Origin: a virus
Virus record (IMG/VR): IMGVR_UViG_3300050821_001428
Coordinates: 1 to 64,000 of that record
Strand: one strand, 5' to 3'
Length of the DNA: 64,000 nucleotides
Part shown: in pieces, positions 1 to 8,524 of the stretch
Numbering within the stretch: position 1 is the stretch's first letter
How the letters are laid out: each line of letters begins with the position of its first letter
Notes under the pieces: model-generated
What the model was told of the DNA's origin: nothing
Database searches by the model: none
The model's input: only the letters and a program-made list of their open reading frames with translations
Made by a program: the position numbers and the translations under genes

Positions 1-12
1 GCCCGTCGAGTA

Positions 13-198
13 TCATCGGCCGCCTCCCACGTCCTTGATAGCCGACCGCAGAACGTCCACTCGCGCTAGATGAGATGGCCCAAAACCTTCCTTCAGCCCG
101 ACGCAAGGTTGACCGACGCCAGCGCCGCACCTTGGGCACGTCACGTTGAGCACGCTTGGACGCTTCCCGTCTTTCAGGATCTGCGCCACGGTCCTCAT
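13..198 (-). CDS. small zinc-finger protein (CPxC...C...H)
   Basis: TCPRCGAGVGQPC...SHLAR motif, common in actinophage small proteins; GC-rich segment. Confidence 0.6.
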   Translation of the reverse strand: MRTVAQILKDGKRPSVLNVTCPRCGAGVGQPCVGLKEGFGPSHLARVDVLRSAIKDVGGGR

Positions 199-735
199 CG
201 TACGTAGCCCGGTTGGCAATGGGCAGGCAACGTCTCAACCTGACTAACGAACCCACGTCCGCCCGTCAAAGCGAACAGGACCGCGTTATCAACCATCCGC
301 TCCTCAACGCCCAAGACGCGCGCTGCGATCTTCGTGCACGCACAGCAGCATGCACTCGACACCGCTAACGACATCCTGTGAACGCGTTGCCGTCCACGCC
401 GGACCAGATCGAACTCAGGGTCGATCCAATTCTTATGCCGCACAACAGATGTATTCAGTTGTGTCATTAGTGCCCTCCAAACTTGGTCATGGATTCGGTC
501 GATGGCAAACCTACTCGGATCATCAAAGTCATAGTATACTTGTGCGTTTAGCTTTTGTCAATCTATCGAAAGCTCAACCCGAGCCACCAACGATACAGTT
601 TATCGGGAACCTTCACCCCCCGACGCTTATACTCTGCGATAAGCCGTTGGGTACTAGCACGATCCTCTAGCCTTAGTGACATAGCTAGCTGATCGTCCAG
701 TTTCCTAGCAGTTAGCGCACGTAGTTGCATAGCCT

Positions 736-954
736 TTAATGGCGGTAGAATTGTCCGTCTAGCTTATCGGTATCAATACCCTCGCCATCGGCCCAATCAT
801 TGAACATACAACGATATGCAATAGGGTCCGATCCTAGCAATGCGTCAGCCGGATCAATCGTAATTCCAAGAATGACGATATCGCCCTCCTGCATCTCCCG
901 AATGAATTCATCGAATGCGCCATATGCCTCTGATGTAGTGCTAATTTCGTTCAT
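736..954 (-). CDS. hypothetical phage protein
   Basis: 72-aa ORF; ATG lies 6 nt after a TTGACA-N16-TATACT promoter. Confidence 0.75.
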   Translation of the reverse strand: MNEISTTSEAYGAFDEFIREMQEGDIVILGITIDPADALLGSDPIAYRCMFNDWADGEGIDTDKLDGQFYRH

Positions 955-960
955 AAGTTA

Positions 961-988
961 AGTATACCGATTTCGTTGTAGTTGTCAA
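961..988 (-). promoter_or_regulatory. sigma70/SigA-type leaderless promoter
   Basis: minus strand TTGACA-N16-TATACT-N6-ATG(954). Confidence 0.75.
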
Positions 989-991
989 GGT

Positions 992-1297
992 CTAGTTGAT
1001 TATCAAACTTTGACTAAGATTTACGCGAATCCAAGTCCACGAAAATCCCGGGAAGAAACCGTCGCGCCCATCATGCTCATAGGGGTTAACGGTAGGTTTA
1101 CGCCTAGCCATTCCTACATACTCGACACATTTACGGATTGTCTTGTTACGATCATCATAGTACACCGTAGGGGTATACGGTGAAGCTTGTTGGATTGTCT
1201 CCCAAGCTTTAATATCGCTTGCGCTATCGGGAATACTCACATCGACTTCGTGAAGATAATCGCCATGATGCGTTCTAATTGTAAAGATGAGATCCAT
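992..1297 (-). CDS. hypothetical phage protein
   Basis: 101-aa ORF with a leaderless promoter upstream. Confidence 0.75.
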   Translation of the reverse strand: MDLIFTIRTHHGDYLHEVDVSIPDSASDIKAWETIQQASPYTPTVYYDDRNKTIRKCVEYVGMARRKPTVNPYEHDGRDGFFPGFSWTWIRVNLSQSLIIN

Positions 1298-1303
1298 AAT
1301 TAC

Positions 1304-1332
1304 AGTCTAAACGATTTTGGTTAGTTTGTCAA
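1304..1332 (-). promoter_or_regulatory. SigA-type leaderless promoter
   Basis: TTGACA-N17-TAGACT-N6-ATG(1297). Confidence 0.75.
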
Positions 1333-1613
1333 GGCGATTTTCTGTTTATGAATACAGAACTAAATCCGCTCCTAATAATCAAGTTCAGTAGAGCCTCGTC
1401 CCTATCCATATTCGATACCCAATAGAATGATGTAGCCCGGGATAGATCGACCCAACAAGTAAAGTAAGCTCTCTGGTGTGCATCATAACCTAGCACATAT
1501 GCCCTATTCTCGTCATCTGGGTCTGACACAACAGCATCTACAGTAACATCTAGATACCCAGAGTGACTAGAGACAATATCTGCGGCCTTAGTATAGTCAG
1601 AGTTATTAGTCAT
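1329..1613 (-). CDS. hypothetical phage protein
   Basis: 94-aa ORF in a co-oriented cluster. Confidence 0.7.
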   Translation of the reverse strand: MTNNSDYTKAADIVSSHSGYLDVTVDAVVSDPDDENRAYVLGYDAHQRAYFTCWVDLSRATSFYWVSNMDRDEALLNLIIRSGFSSVFINRKSP

Positions 1614-1623
1614 AATAAATTCA

Positions 1624-1737
1624 CTACCCCACCCGCATCATAGCGGCATTGGTTTTGATCCTGCTAGCGCGACGAGCCTTAGTGATCGGAGCTACGGTGC
1701 GCTTTCCGGCTTTGATTTTATGTGCTGTCTTTCGCAT
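1624..1737 (-). CDS. small basic protein, 37 aa (MRKTAHKIKAGKRTVAPITKARRASRIKTNAAMMRVG)
   Basis: below the ORF-track cutoff; ATG lies 6 nt after TTGACA-N17-AATACT (1744-1772). Confidence 0.6.
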   Translation of the reverse strand: MRKTAHKIKAGKRTVAPITKARRASRIKTNAAMMRVG

Positions 1738-1817
1738 AAGAATAGTATTCCACTATTCCCTGCGCTTGTCAATAGCTTGCGCTAAATATTTTCTTACGGA
1801 TTTGGATCTACCGGGCT

Positions 1818-2093
1818 TTAGATCACCTTTAAAGCGTTCGCAAGCGCCCGCTTGAATGTGTCCGCGTCAACGCGAGGAGTAGAGGAATCAATCAAATCAA
1901 GATGGCCACCCGTAGTCGGACCCCATATATTTTTATGGACGACAAGCCCAGTGGTCCGTGTGCGGAACGCTACTAGTGTCTCATAACTATAATAGAATTC
2001 GTTGCCCTGGGCGTCCGTCAATACAATAGTATGAATGCCATAGTTAAGCGACGAGTGACGACCATAGCAGCGGAATGATGGAATGTTGTTCAT
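1818..2093 (-). CDS. hypothetical phage protein
   Basis: 91 aa with FYYSYETLVA motif; promoter TTGACA-N17-AAGAAT-N6-ATG at 2100-2128. Confidence 0.75.
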   Translation of the reverse strand: MNNIPSFRCYGRHSSLNYGIHTIVLTDAQGNEFYYSYETLVAFRTRTTGLVVHKNIWGPTTGGHLDLIDSSTPRVDADTFKRALANALKVI

Positions 2094-2138
2094 TAGTTTA
2101 TTCTTTCACATTATTCGAAGTTTGTCAAGCTAAACTAA

Positions 2139-2500
2139 GAGCCTCTAGCCATTGCCATAGCCATGGCCATTGCCAGTGCCATAGCCAGTGCCATAGCCAG
2201 AGCCTCTAGCCATTGCCAGAGCCTCTAGCCATCGCCATTGCCATAGCCATCGCCATGGCCATTGCCATCGCCATTGCCAGTGCCATAGCCATGGCCATAG
2301 CCATAGCCATGGCCAGTGCCAGTACCATTGCCAGTGCCATGGCCATAGCCATCACCATAGCCAGTACCAGTACCATTGCCAGTGCCAGTGCCATGGCCAT
2401 AGCTATTGCCATCGCCATAGCCATCGCCAGTGCCATTGCCATTGCCATAGCCAAAGCCATTGCACTGGCTCTGGCTTACACCCTCCATACAGCTACGCTT
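2139..2500 (-). repeat. GGC-NNN hexamer tandem repeat tract, copy 1
   Basis: long run of GGC(TAT/AAT/GAT/CAT/ACT) units with GGCTAGAGGCTCT interruptions. Confidence 0.9.
2225..2488 (-). CDS. Gly-rich (GY/GN/GD/GH/GT) repeat protein
   Basis: 87-aa ORF overlapping the end of the upstream DUF6948-like gene, an arrangement seen in other phages. Confidence 0.55.
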   Translation of the reverse strand: MEGVSQSQCNGFGYGNGNGTGDGYGDGNSYGHGTGTGNGTGTGYGDGYGHGTGNGTGTGHGYGYGHGYGTGNGDGNGHGDGYGNGDG

Positions 2501-2847
2501 TCTACTGACTGACGTGCCGCCTTGGTTGCAGGGATAACCTCAATAACACCGGCGATAGTGATAGAGGATACTGCCATAGCAAATTTACATTGATTCGGTT
2601 TACTGACACCATCCGTTGCAAGCTGCGAGAGTGAAGCTGCCCCACTCCAATACCAAAGACGCCTAGCATTGGCGAGAACCACTGTCTGTGTAGACCTATC
2701 GTGTTCAACCAGCGAACCAGCAAAGACACCCGCCATGCCAGAGCGCACGATTACATATGGACCGATGTCTGTAATAGCGGGTTCGGGGAGAGAATCGGAG
2801 CGAACATAATCCACTCCGTCGATCGAGATAACTGTAGTGTTAGACAT
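2476..2847 (-). CDS. DUF6948-like protein
   Basis: YVIVRS..AGVFAG, ARRLWYWSGAASLSQLA.DG and VIEVIP motifs; RBS GAAAGG before ATG 2847. Confidence 0.75.
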   Translation of the reverse strand: MSNTTVISIDGVDYVRSDSLPEPAITDIGPYVIVRSGMAGVFAGSLVEHDRSTQTVVLANARRLWYWSGAASLSQLATDGVSKPNQCKFAMAVSSITIAGVIEVIPATKAARQSVESVAVWRV

Positions 2848-2960
2848 GTAAATTGCCTTTCTGGAAGATTGTTTAAAAATTAGTATACCACAAACATCAG
2901 CACACACGTCAAGATATATAAAGTGCCACGTATATTCGTGCGTGGCACTTTATTTGCTTC

Positions 2961-3266
2961 TTAGGCAGCGACTGCTACAGGACTATCCTGCTGAACCTTA
3001 GCCTGCTGCGACAGGATCGAGCGCACTCGACTGTGCCCGGGAAGGGTCAAACGGTACTCACTCTGCGGGCGACCTCGCGTTCCGGTCTGGCGATGACCGC
3101 TTTTGACAAGGTATCCCTTGTCACGGAGCGAGAGGATCATCGGCATATTCGCGCCAAGCTCAGTGGCAGTCGAGCCGGGATTAGCCTTCAACGCCAAGAG
3201 GATGGCTGGACCCTTGTAAGCCGGACGGCCAGGACCGCGCTTCTGAGACTTTGGTGACTTCGCCAT
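2961..3266 (-). CDS. small basic DNA-binding protein (AT-hook/wHTH-like)
   Basis: KRGPGRP and GTRGRP motifs around an HTH-like core; RBS AGGAG; upstream TTGACA-N17-TATTAT. Confidence 0.65.
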   Translation of the reverse strand: MAKSPKSQKRGPGRPAYKGPAILLALKANPGSTATELGANMPMILSLRDKGYLVKSGHRQTGTRGRPQSEYRLTLPGHSRVRSILSQQAKVQQDSPVAVAA

Positions 3267-3460
3267 GGTAATTCTCCTATGGTTGATATGATTGATAGTT
3301 TGATTTGCTCTGTAGCGTTATCGCTACTTGCTTTCTGTCCTAAATAATACCGAATCCGATTCTGTTTGTCAAGCGAATCTTTCAAAAAGAGATTTGCTTA
3401 CTTTGCGATCGGCTTGCTATGTAAAGCTTAGCACTTTCAATCTGATTGTCAAGTGCTAAT

Positions 3461-3610
3461 TAGCCAGTACCATAGTCATTGCCAGTGCCAGTGCCATAGC
3501 CAGAGCCATAGCCAGAGCCATTGCCAGAGCCTCTAGCCATCGCCATTGCCATCGCCATAGCCATTGTCATTGCACTGGCTCTGGCTTACACCCTCCATAT
3601 AGCTACGCTT
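3461..3610 (-). repeat. GGC-NNN hexamer tract, copy 2, with duplicated unique leader
   Basis: 3571-3610 matches 2461-2500 at 39/40 nt and is followed by a shorter hexamer tract. Confidence 0.9.
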
Positions 3611-3693
3611 CTGTGATAATTTGGTCATTGGTTAAATATAGCAAAAAGCCTTGAACTTGTCAAGGCTTTTCCCAATACTTAACTAATCCTCAA

Positions 3694-3846
3694 TCAAGGA
3701 TCTCGGAGATATAGATACCCAACCGCAAATGTCTTATCTGCAAAATCAGGATCATCTTCATATCGGTCATACTCGGAGGTATCCTCTAATTCGTCTGTAT
3801 CAGAGGATAGACGCCAGGCATCGTAGTTTGCCGGTAGCATTTCCAT
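3694..3846 (-). CDS. small acidic protein (50 aa)
   Basis: MEMLPANYDAWRLSSD...; start overlaps the stop of the upstream gene. Confidence 0.5.
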   Translation of the reverse strand: MEMLPANYDAWRLSSDTDELEDTSEYDRYEDDPDFADKTFAVGYLYLRDP

Positions 3847-4328
3847 TAGACTAGTCGACCACCATCAGGATCGGATATAAAGAGCAAATCTTGATGAGCT
3901 ACAATTACATCTGCAATATCTGGAAATGGCAATTCGGATAGGTCATTAAGATCAGTCAATCCCTCACTAACGATTGTGGTTTGATCGCTCAGCACTACCG
4001 TTATGGGCTTCGAGAAGATTGCGTCATTGTACCTAAACCCATAGAAATCTATCACCGGGGCGATTAGCTGTAGACTTGAGCTATGCCACGGATCTCCTAC
4101 GTTGGTGGAGATGGCACTAATCATAGCCTCAGTGCAGGCATATGTCATCGTCCCGTCGCCCGAATCATATTTTACAATATCCCCCGGGTGCTCTAGCCGA
4201 GTAAGCTCGGACGCAACACCCAGGCAGCAATAACCGCTCTTATCTTGGAGAGCATAATAAGATTGGGTAAATGATCCATCGCGCAGCGCATCTACTAGCT
4301 TCTGACGCCGTTCTGTCAGAACCCCCAT
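3846..4328 (-). CDS. hypothetical protein, ALRSG...CCLGV family (paralog 1)
   Basis: LVDALRDG..Q, YCCLGV..EL and LND...F.DIAD motifs shared with 4760-5103 and 6034-6429. Confidence 0.75.
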   Translation of the reverse strand: MGVLTERRQKLVDALRDGSFTQSYYALQDKSGYCCLGVASELTRLEHPGDIVKYDSGDGTMTYACTEAMISAISTNVGDPWHSSSLQLIAPVIDFYGFRYNDAIFSKPITVVLSDQTTIVSEGLTDLNDLSELPFPDIADVIVAHQDLLFISDPDGGRLV

Positions 4329-4572
4329 ATCAGATCACCGCTCCTTATTAGTCAAGCATCTAAGATAAATGCATAGTTTATTTACTATTCGATGTGCGTA
4401 GTATACCACAATATACGAGATAGGATCAACTTTCATTGCTCTCGTCGTCTAATTCTTTTAGACGACGCTCCGCGTCGTGAATCATGTGCTTCCAGTGTTG
4501 ATCGAGACTCAACAGCCTCTTGATAATCTATTTTTAAATCATTCGAATATTAGTTGTCAAGGCTTAGTGTGT

Positions 4573-4776
4573 TTATACTTCGTCCGCCGAGATAAACTCG
4601 TCAGCTATGGTTAGCTCATGATAATCAAACCAGTCGATATGACCCTGATTATCGACCGCTATAACCAGATAATCAGGGTCATCTTCTTCTACCCACAGAA
4701 ACCTACCTAAAGTACCATCGGGTAGTATCAATAGCTGTCGATACTCAAACTGTATAGGATTACACAAACAAACCAT
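4573..4776 (-). CDS. hypothetical protein
   Basis: co-oriented ORF; ATG at 4776. Confidence 0.55.
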   Translation of the reverse strand: MVCLCNPIQFEYRQLLILPDGTLGRFLWVEEDDPDYLVIAVDNQGHIDWFDYHELTIADEFISADEV

Positions 4777-5103
4777 ACGGCTCTGATTCAATCAGGTCTG
4801 CAATTTTTTCAAACGTCCAACCTAGCACATCATTAAGTCGTACTAGGTCATCATCTGATCCCTCTGAGTTTATGAACCTTCCACATGGATGAGTGAAACC
4901 CAACCAATCGCGTATTTCTGGGTGTAACTCATCCATATACTCATCATCGGCACCATCAATGACGTATCGGAATGTTCACGTCGATACAATTCAGAAGCGA
5001 CCCCGAGACAACAATATGATTCGGCGCGGCGTAAATAGTTATGACATTGCTCAAACTCACCGGAGCGCAATGCGTCTACAAGTTTTGTTGCGTTATCGTT
5101 CAT
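4760..5103 (-). pseudogene. frameshifted paralog 2 of the ALRSG...CCLGV family
   Basis: N-half in the ORF-track frame; the conserved C-half (...LVRLNDVLGWTFEKIADLIESEPYGLFV*) continues in another frame from about 4965 to 4760. Confidence 0.75.
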
Positions 5104-5106
5104 AGT

Positions 5107-5355
5107 TCAGAATACCATTAGCTTATCAATATCGTCAAAGGGGATTTGACGATCTTCCTTGCCATCCCACAGAGAAATACTATCTGTATTTACCGATAGA
5201 ATGCCAGAAAAGAACTCACCGTCTAGAACCGTAACGGTGATAGAACAGCCATCCAATAGACGAGCGAGTCGTTCAGAAGTAGTAAATTCTATGTTTAGTT
5301 CAATCGACTCGCGTAGAGTAGCGATGGTAGGATCGTACTTCGCTGATGTATTCAT
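5107..5355 (-). CDS. hypothetical protein (possible SH3/Sm-like beta fold)
   Basis: 82-aa beta-rich ORF ending QIPFDDIDKL. Confidence 0.6.
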   Translation of the reverse strand: MNTSAKYDPTIATLRESIELNIEFTTSERLARLLDGCSITVTVLDGEFFSGILSVNTDSISLWDGKEDRQIPFDDIDKLMVF

Positions 5356-5425
5356 CGTAACTTATACCTTTCTTTGTGAAACTCTTAACCCCAACAATAG
5401 AACGCATAGTAGCGCCATTCCCACC

Positions 5426-6037
5426 CTACAGTGTTGGTACGGCTGTCTTGAGAATCTTAGCAGATTCTTGAAGCAACCGCTTAAACGTATAGTGCAAGCC
5501 CTTGAAATCGTCAATCTCTCGACTCTCGCGCGGATTACGAAATTCATTGACGACATATGCCATCTTACGCCGTAGCTCTGTATCAGGTCCATCAAGTATA
5601 GCAGATACCAATGGGTTATCAAGATCCGCCCTTGGAATACCCGTACCACTCTTGACGTTAACGACCTTCTCAGGCTTATGCTCCGGGCAGAACTTAGGTG
5701 CCCTACCACACTTGACCCGCGTCCATTCATGCCCTTGCTCGCATTGTAGGACTTCTGTCTTAGGTGCCTTGATAGCTGCCTCGGGCTTATGATCGGGACA
5801 ATACTTTGGGGTTTTGCCCTTAGTCCTCGGACGCTCCCAAGTATGCCCATGGGCGCACGTCAGAGTAACAGTGCTAGACTTGACAGCCGCTACCGGCGCG
5901 TGCTTAGGACAGAAGCGTGGCTTCTTGCCTCGGGTCACAGGACGCTTCCACTGATGATCGCCATTGACGCATATAAGAATTTGTTGATTGCTCATGTCAT
6001 GTAGCTTAGCAAAGTGATCGACTTTCGTCAATATCAA
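5426..6037 (-). CDS. protein with three tandem Cx2-3(G)HxW..G..PKxCPxH zinc-binding repeats
   Basis: three repeats visible in the translation. Confidence 0.75.
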   Translation of the reverse strand: MILTKVDHFAKLHDMSNQQILICVNGDHQWKRPVTRGKKPRFCPKHAPVAAVKSSTVTLTCAHGHTWERPRTKGKTPKYCPDHKPEAAIKAPKTEVLQCEQGHEWTRVKCGRAPKFCPEHKPEKVVNVKSGTGIPRADLDNPLVSAILDGPDTELRRKMAYVVNEFRNPRESREIDDFKGLHYTFKRLLQESAKILKTAVPTL

Positions 6038-6429
6038 TCGTCTAAGTATGTCTCGCGCAAAACGTTAGCAATTTCTTCAAATGTCATAGAGTCATATATA
6101 TCATCTTCGCCATCATTCATACTCACAAGATCCGGACGGACAGGACCGGGGAAGAAATAGTCATATATTGTAGATGTAACCCCATGCCATCTGCGACCAT
6201 TGATTCTTAAGATTAATACAGATTGGTTTCGGTCTGGGTCTAGAATCTCCCATTTCGCTAATTCGGGATGATCTTGACGCCAAAGCTCAGCCATGACACC
6301 TTCGGCGCAAAAGCATTGTTCACGACACTGCGAACCGTTATCCTTCATCATGGACAATGATCCAAAAATCTGCTGATACTTTCCGCTCTCTAATGCTTCA
6401 ATCAATTTGAGTAGTTGGGTATTACTCAT
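6034..6429 (-). CDS. hypothetical protein, ALRSG...CCLGV family (paralog 3)
   Basis: LIEALESGKYQQ, FCAEGV.AEL and MND...TFEEIAN; start moved to ATG 6429 after RBS GAGGGG. Confidence 0.7.
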   Translation of the reverse strand: MSNTQLLKLIEALESGKYQQIFGSLSMMKDNGSQCREQCFCAEGVMAELWRQDHPELAKWEILDPDRNQSVLILRINGRRWHGVTSTIYDYFFPGPVRPDLVSMNDGEDDIYDSMTFEEIANVLRETYLDD

Positions 6430-6808
6430 CTTATCGCCCCTCGAACGACGTTTAAAAGCTTGTTTTAGGTTGGTTCTAATCTTCATTACGTAATTCTTTC
6501 TCCACTTCGGATTCAAAGTAATCTGGATCAACATCCACCCAAGGTTCATCCGAATCGCTACATCGTTGTTCAACAGCAGACACACGCCAGTATACTATAC
6601 CGACAACAATAATACAAGCAGCTATATAAAGTAAACTAGCCATCGAATCCACCATATCCCGCCGCGATACGGGCTAGACGAGCCTGCTCCGCAAATAGCG
6701 AATCATCACCTAAATGGCAGACTTCTACATAGTGTGCGGCTCGGGCTGCTTCTTCGATAAAGAACCATTCTTTATGACTTGCTACACCGAGCATGGTATG
6801 CAGGGCAC

Positions 6809-6991
6809 TTACTTGATCTGTGCGTTTTTGAGGCATAATGTAAAAACTAAGTTGACTAATGACCATACGATAGCCACACCAAAAATAGCGGCACTGTAAG
6901 AGCCGGTCAGGTTATATACGATCAGCACAGCCAGCGTATACCCCCAGATGCCAATTAACGTATGTGTATATAACCGCCAGCGTTTAGACAT
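6809..6991 (-). CDS. small two-TM membrane protein
   Basis: two hydrophobic segments in 60 aa. Confidence 0.6.
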   Translation of the reverse strand: MSKRWRLYTHTLIGIWGYTLAVLIVYNLTGSYSAAIFGVAIVWSLVNLVFTLCLKNAQIK

Positions 6992-7328
6992 ATTGATTAC
7001 TTAATTCCATGAGTTGTACTTGTACTTCACCGTTAGGTGTAATAGTTGCGCCAAGGGTACCGTCATCTACGACCTCTAGGGAGATAAGACCCTTACGCTG
7101 TAATGACCACACGGTATCAGTAATCCAGACATGATTTAACTCCTTCGTGAAAATATCCATGAAGTCATTATCATCAATATATTCACCGGTGTTATTTAGA
7201 CCGATATACTGCTCGTCGTATGTCTTGACGGCGCGATCAAATACTATCTGAATACGGTCCTGATTTTGTACGCCAAACCAATTATCAAATTCATCCTGCT
7301 GCGATGTCATTCTATTCCCGTTCTCCAT
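6984..7328 (-). CDS. hypothetical protein
   Basis: 114-aa ORF. Confidence 0.7.
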   Translation of the reverse strand: MENGNRMTSQQDEFDNWFGVQNQDRIQIVFDRAVKTYDEQYIGLNNTGEYIDDNDFMDIFTKELNHVWITDTVWSLQRKGLISLEVVDDGTLGATITPNGEVQVQLMELSNQYV

Positions 7329-7357
7329 ATTTAAAGGTTACACTAACATAATATGTG

Positions 7358-8524
7358 ATGCAGAACTTCACTATCTCCAGTATAGCACCCCTACAGCGGG
7401 TATCTCACTGGGCAAAATCAAGTTTATCACATTTGGTACATTCGACCACCCGAGCTAACACCAATGCTGTAGATTCTGTAGACTACTTCCATAGTAGTCC
7501 AACTACTGAGCGAGATCGTATCATGCAACACGGCCTTATGGCGAGTCCTCCATTTAATCCCTCAAATGATAGTATGATGGGTTTACAACAATTGGCTGAC
7601 GAGGGTAATGCCGTAGCTGAAAAGGCTCTTAACGATTATAAGAATCAGCCAAGTGGCGTATATGTTGCGCCTACACCTAATGCTTGGCAGAGTCCTAAGC
7701 GAGATACCTGGCAAATTAATCCTGGTTATATCCAACAACTAAATAGTAACCCTATGATGGGCGATGACCATCCTTTCAAAGTAATTCCACATAATATTCC
7801 ACCTGAGGCTTTGACGTTACACCATAGTCCCGCTGAAGATGCGATGTGGAAGGGGCGTCAACCTATTCAATTAAAGCAAGCTGATAATTATCAGCAGGAT
7901 ACACGTAATTTCCCCGATCCAACTGAGCCTCGCGCCTCTAATCCTCCTGTGCCAGACGGTTGCACCTGTCCTTTAGGACATAAGCTAGATTGTCCGGTGC
8001 ACGGTTTACATGGGACACAAGACGATTTAGATAATCAATGGGCTAACAAACAACAAGCAAATCCAATTGGATTTGCCCAAGATGCCACACAATCCTGGCA
8101 GCAAGCTTACTCAAATATTGCCAGGCTGTACGTTTACGACCCGAATCAAGTCTCTAAAATTGCTGATATTCACGGCGGCTACGGCCTTTGCCTTTTTACG
8201 AGTTATTCAACTCAACCTCTTGTTAGAATTAGTGATATATACAGTAATGAATGGTTTAATGCATCGGTAAAAAGCAATACTAAGTGCCACAATTGTAGTG
8301 ACACTATAAATAGGAAGCCAAATCCAGCCAGTGACACCAAATCCAGCATACAAGAAAACTACCGCGAAGTAAGCGATGAGTTGGCACGTCCAAAATATTC
8401 GATCGATCATTGGTCTAATGATAGCACATTGGCCAAGCTTCATCAAGGACAATCTCAATCTCAAAAATCTCCATCAAAGCTCAAGAGTGCCCTAGATAAA
8501 ATCGCTGCTCATACTAGGTCTTAG
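7358..8524 (+). CDS. putative virion-associated protein with a Tpt1/ART-like domain
   Basis: YFHSSP...RIMQHGL...GVYV...WQI resembles the ART-like domain of 21941-24805; TAATATGTGA motif overlaps the ATG; the 3' third overlaps a minus-strand TM ORF. Confidence 0.55.
   Translation: MQNFTISSIAPLQRVSHWAKSSLSHLVHSTTRANTNAVDSVDYFHSSPTTERDRIMQHGLMASPPFNPSNDSMMGLQQLADEGNAVAEKALNDYKNQPSGVYVAPTPNAWQSPKRDTWQINPGYIQQLNSNPMMGDDHPFKVIPHNIPPEALTLHHSPAEDAMWKGRQPIQLKQADNYQQDTRNFPDPTEPRASNPPVPDGCTCPLGHKLDCPVHGLHGTQDDLDNQWANKQQANPIGFAQDATQSWQQAYSNIARLYVYDPNQVSKIADIHGGYGLCLFTSYSTQPLVRISDIYSNEWFNASVKSNTKCHNCSDTINRKPNPASDTKSSIQENYREVSDELARPKYSIDHWSNDSTLAKLHQGQSQSQKSPSKLKSALDKIAAHTRS
8207..8410 (-). CDS. small membrane protein
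   Basis: two TM helices (MIDRIFW...); lies antisense inside the 3' part of 7358-8524. Confidence 0.45.
   Translation of the reverse strand: MIDRIFWTCQLIAYFAVVFLYAGFGVTGWIWLPIYSVTTIVALSIAFYRCIKPFITVYITNSNKRLS

Noticed and set aside
2139-3610. Repeat tracts as a CRISPR array or a DGR template/variable pair
   Set aside because: Hexamer periodicity with no unique spacers; differences are in copy number, not adenine-specific; no cas or reverse transcriptase gene in the window
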